Shown: one piece after another, positions 24,701-40,005 of the stretch
Position numbering within the stretch: position 1 is the stretch's first letter
Layout of the letters: each line of letters starts with the position of its first letter
From: Auanema rhodensis
Taxonomy: Eukaryota; Animalia; Nematoda
Assembly: GCA_964057225.1 (NCBI GenBank)
Contig: OZ059897.1
Coordinates: forward strand, 18,972,001-19,036,000
Direction: 5' to 3'
DNA: 64,000 bases
Position numbers and translations under genes: made by a program
The notes under the pieces: generated by a model
Told to the model about the DNA's origin: nothing
The model's input: only the letters and a program-made list of their open reading frames with translations
Database searches by the model: none

Positions 24701-27700
24701 AAAACATTTTGACAAAAATTTTTTCGAAAAATTTCGAAATAATTTAGCGAAAAGTAGATGTTTTTAGATTCCATTTTTCAAGGCAAAGACGATGGACAAT
24801 GTTATTCAACGAAAAAATTAATTCTTCAGGGTGAAAATCGAGGATATAAGTGTGAACTTATATCAGTTGATATCTCGGTGCATTTTTAAGCTAGCGCAAA
24901 TCTGATAACACAGATCGACGCAGCTTAAAAATCCGCATCGAATGCACTATACTACATTGAAAAACGCTTAATACAAAAATTAGTTATGATCGTTTGAAAA
25001 ATGATGCATTAGTGTATGTTGAGTTTCCATGTACACTCAACATTGCTTCCAAAAACATTTTGACAAAAATTTTTTCGAAAAATTTCGAAATAATTTAGCA
25101 AAAAGTAGATGTTTTTAGATTCCTTTTTTCAAGGCAAAGACGATGGACAATGTTATTCAACGAAAAAATTATTTCTTCAGGGTGAAAATCGAGGATATAA
25201 GTGTGAACTTATATCAGTTGATATCTCGGTGCATTTTTAAGCTAGCGCAAATCTGATAACACAGATCGACGCAGCTTAAAAATCCGCATCGAATGCACTA
25301 TACTACATTAAGAAACGCTTGATACAAGAATTACTTATGATCGTTTGAAAAATGATGCATTAGTGTATGTTGAGTTTCCATGTACACTCAACATTGCTTC
25401 CAAAAACATTTTGACAAAAATTTTTTCGAAAAATTTCAGAATAATTTAGCAAAAAGTAGATGTTTTTAGATTCCATTTTTCAAGGCAAAGACGATGGACA
25501 ATGTTATTCAACGAAGAAATTAATTCTTCAGGGTGAAAATCGAGGATATAAGTGTGAACTTATATCAGTTGATATCTCGGTGCATTTTTAAGCTAGCGCA
25601 AATCTGATAACACAGATCGACGCAGCTTAAAAATCCGCATCGAATGCACTATACTACATTGAGAAACGCGTGATACAAAAATTAGTTATGATCGTTTGAA
25701 AAATGATGCATTAGTGTATGTTGAGTTTCCATGTACACTCAACATTGCTTCCAAAAACATTTTGACAAAAATTTTTTCGAAAAATTTCGAAATAATTTAG
25801 CAAAAAGTAGATGTTTTTAGATTCCTTTTTTCAAGGCAAAGACGATGGACAATGTTATTCAACGAAAAAATTATTTCTTCAGGGTGAAAATCGAGGATAT
25901 AAGTGTGAACTTATATCAGTTGATATCTCGGTGCATTTTTAAGCTAGCGCAAATCTGATAACACAGATCGACGCAGCTTAAAAATCCGCATCGAATGCAC
26001 TATACTACATTAAGAAACACTTGATACAAAAATTAGTTATGATCGTTTGAAAAATGATGCATTAGTGTATGTTGAGTTTCCATGTACACTCAACATTGCT
26101 TCCAAAAACATTTTGACAAAAATTTTTTCGAAAAATTTCAAAATAATTTAGCAAAAAGTAGATGTTTTTAGATTCCATTTTTCAAGGCAAAGACGATGGA
26201 CAATGTTATTCAACGAAAAAATTAATTCTTCAGGGTGAAAATCGAGGATATAAGTGTGAACTTATATCAGTTGATATCTCGGTGCATTTTTAAGCTAGCG
26301 CAAATCTGATAACACAGATCGACGCAGCTTAAAAATCCGCATCGAATGCACTATACTACATTGAAAAACGCTTAATACAAAAATTAGTTATGATCGTTTG
26401 AAAAATGATGCATTAGTGTATGTTGAGTTTCCATGTACACTCAACATTGCTTCCAAAAACATTTTGACAAAAATTTTTTCGAAAAATTTCAAAATAATTT
26501 AGCAAAAAGTAGATGTTTTTAGATTCCATTTTTCAAGGCAAAGACGATGGACAATGTTATTCAACGAAAAAATTAATTCTTCAGGGTGAAAATCGAGGAT
26601 ATAAGTGTGAACTTATATCAGTTGATATCTCGGTGCATTTTTAAGCTAGCGCAAATCTGATAACACAGATCGACGCAGCTTAAAAATCCGCATCGAATGC
26701 ACTATACTACATTGAGAAACGCTTAATAGAAAAATTAGTTATGATCGTTTGAAAAATGATGCATTAGTGTATGTTGAGTTTCCATGTACACTCAACATTG
26801 CTTCCAAAAACATTTTGACAAAAATTTTTTCGAAAAATTTCAAAATAATTTAGCGAAAAGTAGATGTTTTTAGATTCCATTTTTCAAGGCAAAGACGATG
26901 GACAATGTTATTCAACGAAAAAATTAATTCTTCAGGGTGAAAATCGAGGATATAAGTGTGAACTTATATCAGTTGATATCTCGGTGCATTTTTAAGCTAG
27001 CGCAAATCTGATAACACAGATCGACGCAGCTTAAAAATCCGCATCGAATGCACTATACTACATTAAGAAACGCTTGATACAAGAATTACTTATGATCGTT
27101 TGAAAAATGATGCATTAGTGTATGTTGAGTTTCCATGTACACTCAACATTGCTTCCAAAAACATTTTGACAAAAATTTTTTCGAAAAATTTCAGAATAAT
27201 TTAGCAAAAAGTAGATGTTTTTAGATTCCATTTTTCAAGGCAAAGACGATGGACAATGTTATTCAACGAAGAAATTAATTCTTCAGGGTGAAAATCGAGG
27301 ATATAAGTGTGAACTTATATCAGTTGATATCTCGGTGCATTTTTAAGCTAGCGCAAATCTGATAACACAGATCGACGCAGCTTAAAAATCCGCATCGAAT
27401 GCACTATACTACATTGAGAAACGCGTGAAACAAAAATTAGTTATGATCGTTTGAAAAATGATGCATTAGTGTATGTTGAGTTTCCATGTACACTCAACAT
27501 TGCTTCCAAAAACATTTTGACAAAAATTTTTTCGAAAAATTTCGAAATAATTTAGCAAAAAGTAGATGTTTTTAGATTCCTTTTTTCAAGGCAGAGACGA
27601 TGGACAATGTTATTCAACGAAAAAATTAATTCTTCAGGGTGAAAATCGAGGATATAAGTGTGAACTTATATCAGTTGATATCTCGGTGCATTTTTAAGCT

Positions 27701-30528
27701 AGCGCAAATCTGATAACACAGATCGACGCAGCTTAAAAATCCGCATCGAATGCACTATACTACATTAAGAAACGCTTGATACAAGAATTACTTATGATCG
27801 TTTGAAAAATGATGCATTAGTGTATGTTGAGTTTCCATGTACACTCAACATTGCTTCCAAAAACATTTTGACAAAAATTTTTTCGAAAAATTTCAGAATA
27901 ATTTAGCAAAAAGTAGATGTTTTTAGATTCCATTTTTCAAGGCAAAGACGATGGACAATGTTATTCAACGAAGAAATTAATTCTTCAGGGTGAAAATCGA
28001 GGATATAAGTGTGAACTTATATCAGTTGATATCTCGGTGCATTTTTAAGCTAGCGCAAATCTGATAACACAGATCGACGCAGCTTAAAAATCCGCATCGA
28101 ATGCACTATACTACATTGAGAAACGCGTGAAACAAAAATTAGTTATGATCGTTTGAAAAATGATGCATTAGTGTATGTTGAGTTTCCATGTACACTCAAC
28201 ATTGCTTCCAAAAACATTTTGACAAAAATTTTTTCGAAAAATTTCGAAATAATTTAGCAAAAAGTAGATGTTTTTAGATTCCTTTTTTCAAGGCAAAGAC
28301 GATGGACAATGTTATTCAACGAAAAAATTATTTCTTCAGGGTGAAAATCGAGGATATAAGTGTGAACTTATATCAGTTGATATCTCGGTGCATTTTTAAG
28401 CTAGCGCAAATCTGATAACACAGATCGACGCAGCTTAAAAATCCGCATCGAATGCACTATACTACATTAAGAAACACTTGATACAAGAATTACTTATGAT
28501 CGTTTGAAAAATGATGCATTAGTGTATGTTGAGTTTCCATGTACACTCAACATTGCTTCCAAAAACATTTTGACAAAAATTTTTTCGAAAAATTTCAAAA
28601 TAATTTAGCGAAAAGTAGATGTTTTTAGATTCCATTTTTCAAGGCAAAGACGATGGACAATGTTATTCAACGAAAAAATTAATTCTTCAGGGTGAAAATC
28701 GAGGATATAAGTGTGAACTTATATCAGTTGATATCTCGGTGCATTTTTAAGCTAGCGCAAATCTGATAACACAGATCGACGCAGCTTAAAAATCCGCATC
28801 GAATGCACTATACTACATTAAGAAACGCTTGATACAAGAATTACTTATGATCGTTTGAAAAATGATGCATTAGTGTATGTTGAGTTTCCATGTACACTCA
28901 ACATTGCTTCCAAAAACATTTTGACAAAAATTTTTTCGAAAAATTTCAGAATAATTTAGCAAAAAGTAGATGTTCTTAGATTCCATTTTTCAAGGCAAAG
29001 ACGATGGACAATGTTATTCAACGAAGAAATTAATTCTTCAGGGTGAAAATCGAGGATATAAGTGTGAACTTATATCAGTTGATATCTCGGTGCATTTTTA
29101 AGCTAGCGCAAATCTGATAACACAGATCGACGCAGCTTAAAAATCCGCATCGAATGCACTATACTACATTGAGAAACGCGTGAAACAAAAATTAGTTATG
29201 ATCGTTTGAAAAATGATGCATTAGTGTATGTTGAGTTTCCATGTACACTCAACATTGCTTCCAAAAACATTTTGACAAAAATTTTTTCGAAAAATTTCGA
29301 AATAATTTAGCAAAAAGTAGATGTTTTTAGATTCCTTTTTTCAAGGCAAAGACGATGGACAATGTTATTCAACGAAAAAATTATTTCTTCAGGGTGAAAA
29401 TCGAGGATATAAGTGTGAACTTATATCAGTTGATATCTCGGTGCATTTTTAAGCTAGCGCAAATCTGATAACACAGATCGACGCAGCTTAAAAATCCGCA
29501 TCGAATGCACTATACTACATTAAGAAACACTTGATACAAAAATTAGTTATGATCGTTTGAAAAATGATGCATTAGTGTATGTTGAGTTTCCATGTACACT
29601 CAACATTGCTTCCAAAAACATTTTGACAAAAATTTTTTCGAAAAATTTCAAAATAATTTAGCAAAAAGTAGATGTTTTTAGATTCCATTTTTCAAGGCAA
29701 AGACGATGGACAATGTTATTCAACGAAAAAATTAATTCTTCAGGGTGAAAATCGAGGATATAAGTGTGAACTTATATCAGTTGATATCTCGGTGCATTTT
29801 TAAGCTAGCGCAAATCTGATAACACAGATCGACGTAGCTTAAAAATCCGCATCGAATGCACTATACTACATTGAAAAACGCTTAATACAAAAATTAGTTA
29901 TGATCGTTTGAAAAATGATGCATTAGTGTATGTTGAGTTTCCATGTACACTCAACATTGCTTCCAAAAACATTTTGACAAAAATTTTTTCGAAAAATTTC
30001 AAAATAATTTAGCAAAAAGTAGATGTTTTTAGATTCCATTTTTCAAGGCAAAGACGATGGACAATGTTATTCAACGAAAAAATTAATTCTTCAGGGTGAA
30101 AATCGAGGATATAAGTGTGAACTTATATCAGTTGATATCTCGGTGCATTTTTAAGCTAGCGCAAATCTGATAACACAGATCGACGCAGCTTAAAAATCCG
30201 CATCGAATGCACTATACTACATTGAGAAACGCTTAATAGAAAAATTAGTTATGATCGTTTGAAAAATGATGCATTAGTGTATGTTGAGTTTCCATGTACA
30301 CTCAACATTGCTTCCAAAAACATTTTGACAAAAATTTTTTCGAAAAATTTCAAAATAATTTAGCGAAAAGTAGATGTTTTTAGATTCCATTTTTCAAGGC
30401 AAAGACGATGGACAATGTTATTCAACGAAAAAATTAATTCTTCAGGGTGAAAATCGAGGATATAAGTGTGAACTTATATCAGTTGATATCTCGGTGCATT
30501 TTTAAGCTAGCGCAAATCTGATAACACA
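21754..30528. repeat. Degenerate higher-order region; a 4-5 monomer cassette recurs at 3510-bp (10-monomer) spacing
   Basis: The type order CAAGAA+CAGAAT+GAAGAA, ACGCGTG, AACACTTG, GAAAAACG, (TAATAGAA) begins at 21754, 25264 and 28774. The monomers in between do not match perfectly. Confidence 0.65.
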
Positions 30529-31932
30529 GATCGACGCAGCTTAAAAATCCGCATCGAATGCACTATACTACATTGAGAAACGCTTAATACAAAAATTAGT
30601 TATGATCGTTTGAAAAATGATGCATTAGTGTATGTTGAGTTTCCATGTACACTCAACATTGCTTCCAAAAACATTTTGACAAAAATTTTTTCGAAAAATT
30701 TCAAAATAATTTAGCGAAAAGTAGATGTTTTTAGATTCCATTTTTCAAGGCAAAGACGATGGACAATGTTATTCAACGAAAAAATTAATTCTTCAGGGTG
30801 AAAATCGAGGATATAAGTGTGAACTTATATCAGTTGATATCTCGGTGCATTTTTAAGCTAGCGCAAATCTGATAACACAGATCGACGCAGCTTAAAAATC
30901 CGCATCGAATGCACTATACTACATTGAGAAACGCTTAATAGAAAAATTAGTTATGATCGTTTGAAAAATGATGCATTAGTGTATGTTGAGTTTCCATGTA
31001 CACTCAACATTGCTTCCAAAAACATTTTGACAAAAATTTTTTCGAAAAATTTCAAAATAATTTAGCGAAAAGTAGATGTTTTTAGATTCCATTTTTCAAG
31101 GCAAAGACGATGGACAATGTTATTCAACGAAAAAATTAATTCTTCAGGGTGAAAATCGAGGATATAAGTGTGAACTTATATCAGTTGATATCTCGGTGCA
31201 TTTTTAAGCTAGCGCAAATCTGATAACACAGATCGACGCAGCTTAAAAATCCGCATCGAATGCACTATACTACATTGAGAAACGCTTAATACAAAAATTA
31301 GTTATGATCGTTTGAAAAATGATGCATTAGTGTATGTTGAGTTTCCATGTACACTCAACATTGCTTCCAAAAACATTTTGACAAAAATTTTTTCGAAAAA
31401 TTTCAAAATAATTTAGCGAAAAGTAGATGTTTTTAGATTCCATTTTTCAAGGCAAAGACGATGGACAATGTTATTCAACGAAAAAATTAATTCTTCAGGG
31501 TGAAAGTCGAGGATATAAGTGTGAACTTATATCAGTTGATATCTCGGTGCATTTTTAAGCTAGCGCAAATCTGATAACACAGATCGACGCAGCTTAAAAA
31601 TCCGCATCGAATGCACTATACTACATTAAGAAACGCTTAATAGAAAAATTAGTTATGATCGTTTGAAAAATGATGCATTAGTGTATGTTGAGTTTCCATG
31701 TACACTCAACATTGTTTCCAAAAACATTTTGACAAAAATTTTTTCGAAAAATTTCAAAATAATTTAGCGAAAAGTAGATGTTTTTAGATTCCATTTTTCA
31801 AGGCAAAGACGATGGACAATGTTATTCAACGAAAAAATTAATTCTTCAGGGTGAAAATCGAGGATATAAGTGTGAACTTATATCAGTTGATATCTCGGTG
31901 CATTTTTAAGCTAGCGCAAATCTGATAACACA

Positions 31933-34900
31933 GATCGACGCAGCTTAAAAATCCGCATCGAATGCACTATACTACATTGAGAAACGCTTAATACAAAAAT
32001 TAGTTATGATCGTTTGAAAAATGATGCATTAGTGTATGTTGAGTTTCCATGTACACTCAACATTGCTTCCAAAAACATTTTGACAAAAATTTTTTCGAAA
32101 AATTTCAAAATAATTTAGCAAAAAGTAGATGTTTTTAGATTCCATTTTTCAAGGCAAAGACGATGGACAATGTTATTCAACGAAAAAATTAATTCTTCAG
32201 GGTGAAAATCGAGGATATAAGTGTGAACTTATATCAGTTGATATCTCGGTGCATTTTTAAGCTAGCGCAAATCTGATAACACAGATCGACGCAGCTTAAA
32301 AATCCGCATCGAATGCACTATACTACATTAAGAAACGCTTGATACAAGAATTAGTTATGATCGTTTGAAAAATGATGCATTAGTGTATGTTGAGTTTCCA
32401 TGTACACTCAACATTGCTTCCAAAAACATTTTGACAAAAATTTTTTCGAAAAATTTCAAAATAATTTAGCAAAAAGTAGATGTTTTTAGATTCCATTTTT
32501 CAAGGCAAAGACGATGGACAATGTTATTCAACGAAAAAATTAATTCTTCAGGGTGAAAATCGAGGATATAAGTGTGAACTTATATCAGTTGATATCTCGG
32601 TGCATTTTTAAGCTAGCGCAAATCTGATAACACAGATCGACGCAGCTTAAAAATCCGCATCGAATGCACTATACTACATTAAGAAACGCTTGATACAAGA
32701 ATTAGTTATGATCGTTTGAAAAATGATGCATTAGTGTATGTTGAGTTTCCATGTACACTCAACATTGCTTCCAAAAACATTTTGACAAAAATTTTTTCGA
32801 AAAATTTCAAAATAATTTAGCGAAAAGTAGATGTTTTTAGATTCCATTTTTCAAGGCAAAGACGATGGACAATGTTATTCAACGAAAAAATTAATTCTTC
32901 AGGGTGAAAATCGAGGATATAAGTGTGAACTTATATCAGTTGATATCTCGGTGCATTTTTAAGCTAGCGCAAATCTGATAACACAGATCGACGCAGCTTA
33001 AAAATCCGCATCGAATGCACTATACTACATTAAGAAACGCTTGATACAAGAATTAGTTATGATCGTTTGAAAAATGATGCATTAGTGTATGTTGAGTTTC
33101 CATGTACACTCAACATTGCTTCCAAAAACATTTTGACAAAAATTTTTTCGAAAAATTTCAAAATAATTTAGCAAAAAGTAGATGTTTTTAGATTCCATTT
33201 TTCAAGGCAAAGACGATGGACAATGTTATTCAACGAAGAAATTAATTCTTCAGGGTGAAAATCGAGGATATAAGTGTGAACTTATATCAGTTGATATCTC
33301 GGTGCATTTTTAAGCTAGCGCAAATCTGATAACACAGATCGACGCAGCTTAAAAATCCGCATCGAATGCACTATACTACATTGAGAAACGCGTGATACAA
33401 AAATTAGTTATGATCGTTTGAAAAATGATGCATTAGTGTATGTTGAGTTTCCATGTACACTCAACATTGCTTCCAAAAACATTTTGACAAAAATTTTTTC
33501 GAAAAATTTCGAAATAATTTAGCAAAAAGTAGATGTTTTTAGATTCCTTTTTTCAAGGCAAAGACGATGGACAATGTTATTCAACGAAAAAATTATTTCT
33601 TCAGGGTGAAAATCGAGGATATAAGTGTGAACTTATATCAGTTGATATCTCGGTGCATTTTTAAGCTAGCGCAAATCTGATAACACAGATCGGCGCAGCT
33701 TAAAAATCCGCATCGAATGCACTATACTACATTAAGAAACACTTGATACAAAAATTAGTTATGATCGTTTGAAAAATGATGCATTAGTGTATGTTGAGTT
33801 TCCATGTACACTCAACATTGCTTCCAAAAACATTTTGACAAAAATTTTTTCGAAAAATTTCAAAATAATTTAGCAAAAAGTAGATGTTTTTAGATTCCTT
33901 TTTTCAAGGCAAAGACGATGGACAATGTTATTCAACGGAAAAATTATTTCTTCAGGGTGAAAATCGAGGATATAAGTGTGAACTTACATCAGTTGATATC
34001 TCGGTGCATTTTTAAGCTAGCGCAAATCTGATAACACAGATCGACGCAGCTTAAAAATCCGCATCGAATGCACTATACTACATTATGAAACGCTTGATAC
34101 AAGAATTAGTTATGATCGTTTGAAAAATGATGCATTAGTGTATGTTGAGTTTCCATGTACACTCAACATTGCTTCCAAAAACATTTTGACAAAAATTTTT
34201 TCGAAAAATTTCAAAATAATTTAGCAAAAAGTAGATGTTTTTAGATTCCTTTTTTCAAGGCAAAGACGATGGACAATGTTATTCAACGAAAAAATTATTT
34301 CTTCAGGGTGAAAATCGAGGATATAAGTGTGAACTTATATCAGTTGATATCTCGGTGCATTTTTAAGCTAGCGCAAATCTGATAACACAGATCGACGCAA
34401 CTTAAAAATCCGCATCGAATGCACTATACTACATTAAGAAACACTTGATACAAAAATTAGTTATGATCGTTTGAAAAATGATGCATTAGTGTATGTTGAG
34501 TTTCCATGTACACTCAACATTGCTTCCAAAAACATTTTGACAAAAATTTTTTCGAAAAATTTCAAAATAATTTAGCAAAAAGTAGATGTTTTTAGATTCC
34601 TTTTTTCAAGGCAAAGACGATGGACAATGTTATTCAACGAAAAAATTATTTCTTCAGGGTGAAAATCGAGGATATAAGTGTGAACTTATATCAGTTGATA
34701 TCTCGGTGCATTTTTAAGCTAGCGCAAATCTGATAACACAGATCGACGCAGCTTAAAAATCCGCATCGAATGCACTATACTACATTGAGAAACGCTTAAT
34801 ACAAAAATTAGTTATGATCGTTTGAAAAATGATGCATTAGTGTATGTTGAGTTTCCATGTACACTCAACATTGCTTCCAAAAACATTTTGACAAAAATTT

Positions 34901-37900
34901 TTTCGAAAAATTTCAAAATAATTTAGCAAAAAGTAGATGTTTTTAGATTCCATTGTTCAAGGCAAAGACGATGGACAATGTTATTCAACGAAAAAATTAA
35001 TTCTTCAGGGTGAAAATCGAGGATATAAGTGTGAACTTATATCAGTTGATATCTCGATGCATTTTTAAGCTAGCGCAAATCTGATAACACAGATCGACGC
35101 AGCTTAAAAATCCGCATCGAATGCACTATACTACATTAAGAAACACTTGATACAAAAATTAGTTATGATCGTTTGAAAAATGATGCATTAGTGTATGTTG
35201 AGTTTCCATGTACACTCAACATTGCTTCCAAAAACATTTTGACAAAAATTTTTTCGAAAAATTTCAAAATAATTTAGCAAAAAGTAGATGTTTTTAGATT
35301 CCTTTTTTCAAGGCAAAGACGATGGACAATGTTATTCAACGAAAAAATTATTTCTTCAGGGTGAAAATCGAGGATATAAGTGTGAACTTATATCAGTTGA
35401 TATCTTGGTGCATTTTTAAGCTAGCGCAAATCTGATAACACAGATCGACGCAGCTTAAAAATCCGCATCGAATGCACTATACTACATTAAGAAACACTTG
35501 ATACAAAAATTAGTTATGATCGTTTGAAAAATGATGCATTAGTGTATGTTGAGTTTCCATGTACACTCAACATTGCTTCCAAAAACATTTTGACAAAAAT
35601 TTTTTCGAAAAATTTCAAAATAATTTAGCAAAAAGTAGATGTTTTTAGATTCCTTTTTTCAAGGCAAAGACGATGGACAATGTTATTCAACGAAAAAATT
35701 ATTTCTTCAGGGTGAAAATCGAGGATATAAGTGTGAACTTATATCAGTTGATATCTCGGTGCATTTTTAAGCTAGCGCAAATCTGATAACACAGATCGAC
35801 GCAGCTTAAAAATTCGCATCGAATGCACTATACTACATTAAGAAACGCTTGATACAAGAATTACTTATGATCGTTTGAAAAATGATGCATTAGTGTATGT
35901 TGAGTTTCCATGTACACTCAACATTGCTTCCAAAAACATTTTGACAAAAATTTTTTCGAAAAATTTCAGAATAATTTAGCAAAAAGTAGATGTTTTTAGA
36001 TTCCATTTTTCAAGGCAAAGACGATGGACAATGTTATTCAACGAAGAAATTAATTCTTCAGGGTGAAAATCGAGGATATAAGTGTGAACTTATATCAGTT
36101 GATATCTCGGTGCATTTTTAAGCTAGCGCAAATCTGATAACACAGATCGACGCAGCTTAAAAATCCGCATCGAATGCACTATACTACATTGAGAAACGCT
36201 TAATACAAAAATTAGTTATGATCGTTTGAAAAATGATGCATTAGTGTATGTTGAGTTTCCATGTACACTCAACATTGCTTCCAAAAACATTTTGACAAAA
36301 ATTTTTTCGAAAAATTTCAAAATAATTTAGCAAAAAGTAGATGTTTTTAGATTCCATTTTTCAAGGCAAAGACGATGGACAATGTTATTCAACGAAAAAA
36401 TTAATTCTTCAGGGTGAAAATCGAGGATATAAGTGTGAACTTATATCAGTTGATATCTCGGTGCATTTTTAAGCTAGCGCAAATCTGATAACACAGATCG
36501 ACGCAGCTTAAAAATCCGCATCGAATGCACTATACTACATTAAGAAACGCTTGATACAAGAATTAGTTATGATCGTTTGAAAAATGATGCATTAGTGTAT
36601 GTTGAGTTTCCATGTACACTCAACATTGCTTCCAAAAACATTTTGACAAAAATTTTTTCGAAAAATTTCAAAATAATTTAGCAAAAAGTAGATGTTTTTA
36701 GATTCCATTTTTCAAGGCAAAGACGATGGACAATGTTATTCAACGAAAAAATTAATTCTTCAGGGTGAAAATCGAGGATATAAGTGTGAACTTATATCAG
36801 TTGATATCTCGGTGCATTTTTAAGCTAGCGCAAATCTGATAACACAGATCGACGCAGCTTAAAAATCCGCATCGAATGCACTATACTACATTAAGAAACG
36901 CTTGATACAAGAATTAGTTATGATCGTTTGAAAAATGATGCATTAGTGTATGTTGAGTTTCCATGTACACTCAACATTGCTTCCAAAAACATTTTGACAA
37001 AAATTTTTTCGAAAAATTTCAAAATAATTTAGCGAAAAGTAGATGTTTTTAGATTCCATTTTTCAAGGCAAAGACGATGGACAATGTTATTCAACGAAAA
37101 AATTAATTCTTCAGGGTGAAAATCGAGGATATAAGTGTGAACTTATATCAGTTGATATCTCGGTGCATTTTTAAGCTAGCGCAAATCTGATAACACAGAT
37201 CGACGCAGCTTAAAAATCCGCATCGAATGCACTATACTACATTAAGAAACGCTTGATACAAGAATTAGTTATGATCGTTTGAAAAATGATGCATTAGTGT
37301 ATGTTGAGTTTCCATGTACACTCAACATTGCTTCCAAAAACATTTTGACAAAAATTTTTTCGAAAAATTTCAAAATAATTTAGCAAAAAGTAGATGTTTT
37401 TAGATTCCATTTTTCAAGGCAAAGACGATGGACAATGTTATTCAACGAAGAAATTAATTCTTCAGGGTGAAAATCGAGGATATAAGTGTGAACTTATATC
37501 AGTTGATATCTCGGTGCATTTTTAAGCTAGCGCAAATCTGATAACACAGATCGACGCAGCTTAAAAATCCGCATCGAATGCACTATACTACATTGAGAAA
37601 CGCGTGATACAAAAATTAGTTATGATCGTTTGAAAAATGATGCATTAGTGTATGTTGAGTTTCCATGTACACTCAACATTGCTTCCAAAAACATTTTGAC
37701 AAAAATTTTTTCGAAAAATTTCGAAATAATTTAGCAAAAAGTAGATGTTTTTAGATTCCTTTTTTCAAGGCAAAGACGATGGACAATGTTATTCAACGAA
37801 AAAATTATTTCTTCAGGGTGAAAATCGAGGATATAAGTGTGAACTTATATCAGTTGATATCTCGGTGCATTTTTAAGCTAGCGCAAATCTGATAACACAG

Positions 37901-40005
37901 ATCGGCGCAGCTTAAAAATCCGCATCGAATGCACTATACTACATTAAGAAACACTTGATACAAAAATTAGTTATGATCGTTTGAAAAATGATGCATTAGT
38001 GTATGTTGAGTTTCCATGTACACTCAACATTGCTTCCAAAAACATTTTGACAAAAATTTTTTCGAAAAATTTCAAAATAATTTAGCAAAAAGTAGATGTT
38101 TTTAGATTCCTTTTTTCAAGGCAAAGACGATGGACAATGTTATTCAACGGAAAAATTATTTCTTCAGGGTGAAAATCGAGGATATAAGTGTGAACTTACA
38201 TCAGTTGATATCTCGGTGCATTTTTAAGCTAGCGCAAATCTGATAACACAGATCGACGCAGCTTAAAAATCCGCATCGAATGCACTATACTACATTATGA
38301 AACGCTTGATACAAGAATTAGTTATGATCGTTTGAAAAATGATGCATTAGTGTATGTTGAGTTTCCATGTACACTCAACATTGCTTCCAAAAACATTTTG
38401 ACAAAAATTTTTTCGAAAAATTTCAAAATAATTTAGCAAAAAGTAGATGTTTTTAGATTCCTTTTTTCAAGGCAAAGACGATGGACAATGTTATTCAACG
38501 AAAAAATTATTTCTTCAGGGTGAAAATCGAGGATATAAGTGTGAACTTATATCAGTTGATATCTCGGTGCATTTTTAAGCTAGCGCAAATCTGATAACAC
38601 AGATCGACGCAACTTAAAAATCCGCATCGAATGCACTATACTACATTAAGAAACACTTGATACAAAAATTAGTTATGATCGTTTGAAAAATGATGCATTA
38701 GTGTATGTTGAGTTTCCATGTACACTCAACATTGCTTCCAAAAACATTTTGACAAAAATTTTTTCGAAAAATTTCAAAATAATTTAGCAAAAAGTAGATG
38801 TTTTTAGATTCCTTTTTTCAAGGCAAAGACGATGGACAATGTTATTCAACGAAAAAATTATTTCTTCAGGGTGAAAATCGAGGATATAAGTGTGAACTTA
38901 TATCAGTTGATATCTCGGTGCATTTTTAAGCTAGCGCAAATCTGATAACACAGATCGACGCAGCTTAAAAATCCGCATCGAATGCACTATACTACATTGA
39001 GAAACGCTTAATACAAAAATTAGTTATGATCGTTTGAAAAATGATGCATTAGTGTATGTTGAGTTTCCATGTACACTCAACATTGCTTCCAAAAACATTT
39101 TGACAAAAATTTTTTCGAAAAATTTCAAAATAATTTAGCAAAAAGTAGATGTTTTTAGATTCCATTGTTCAAGGCAAAGACGATGGACAATGTTATTCAA
39201 CGAAAAAATTAATTCTTCAGGGTGAAAATCGAGGATATAAGTGTGAACTTATATCAGTTGATATCTCGATGCATTTTTAAGCTAGCGCAAATCTGATAAC
39301 ACAGATCGACGCAGCTTAAAAATCCGCATCGAATGCACTATACTACATTAAGAAACACTTGATACAAAAATTAGTTATGATCGTTTGAAAAATGATGCAT
39401 TAGTGTATGTTGAGTTTCCATGTACACTCAACATTGCTTCCAAAAACATTTTGACAAAAATTTTTTCGAAAAATTTCAAAATAATTTAGCAAAAAGTAGA
39501 TGTTTTTAGATTCCTTTTTTCAAGGCAAAGACGATGGACAATGTTATTCAACGAAAAAATTATTTCTTCAGGGTGAAAATCGAGGATATAAGTGTGAACT
39601 TATATCAGTTGATATCTTGGTGCATTTTTAAGCTAGCGCAAATCTGATAACACAGATCGACGCAGCTTAAAAATCCGCATCGAATGCACTATACTACATT
39701 AAGAAACACTTGATACAAAAATTAGTTATGATCGTTTGAAAAATGATGCATTAGTGTATGTTGAGTTTCCATGTACACTCAACATTGCTTCCAAAAACAT
39801 TTTGACAAAAATTTTTTCGAAAAATTTCAAAATAATTTAGCAAAAAGTAGATGTTTTTAGATTCCTTTTTTCAAGGCAAAGACGATGGACAATGTTATTC
39901 AACGAAAAAATTATTTCTTCAGGGTGAAAATCGAGGATATAAGTGTGAACTTATATCAGTTGATATCTCGGTGCATTTTTAAGCTAGCGCAAATCTGATA
40001 ACACA
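31933..40005. repeat. Tandem segmental duplication, 12-monomer (4212-bp) period; 11 monomers matched
   Basis: Rare variants pair at +4212 (monomer starts): GATCGGCG (33688/37900), CATTATGAAA (34039/38251), GACGCAACTT (34390/38602), CCATTGTTC+CTCGATGC (34741/38953) and TCTTGGTG (35092/39304). Confidence 0.92.
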
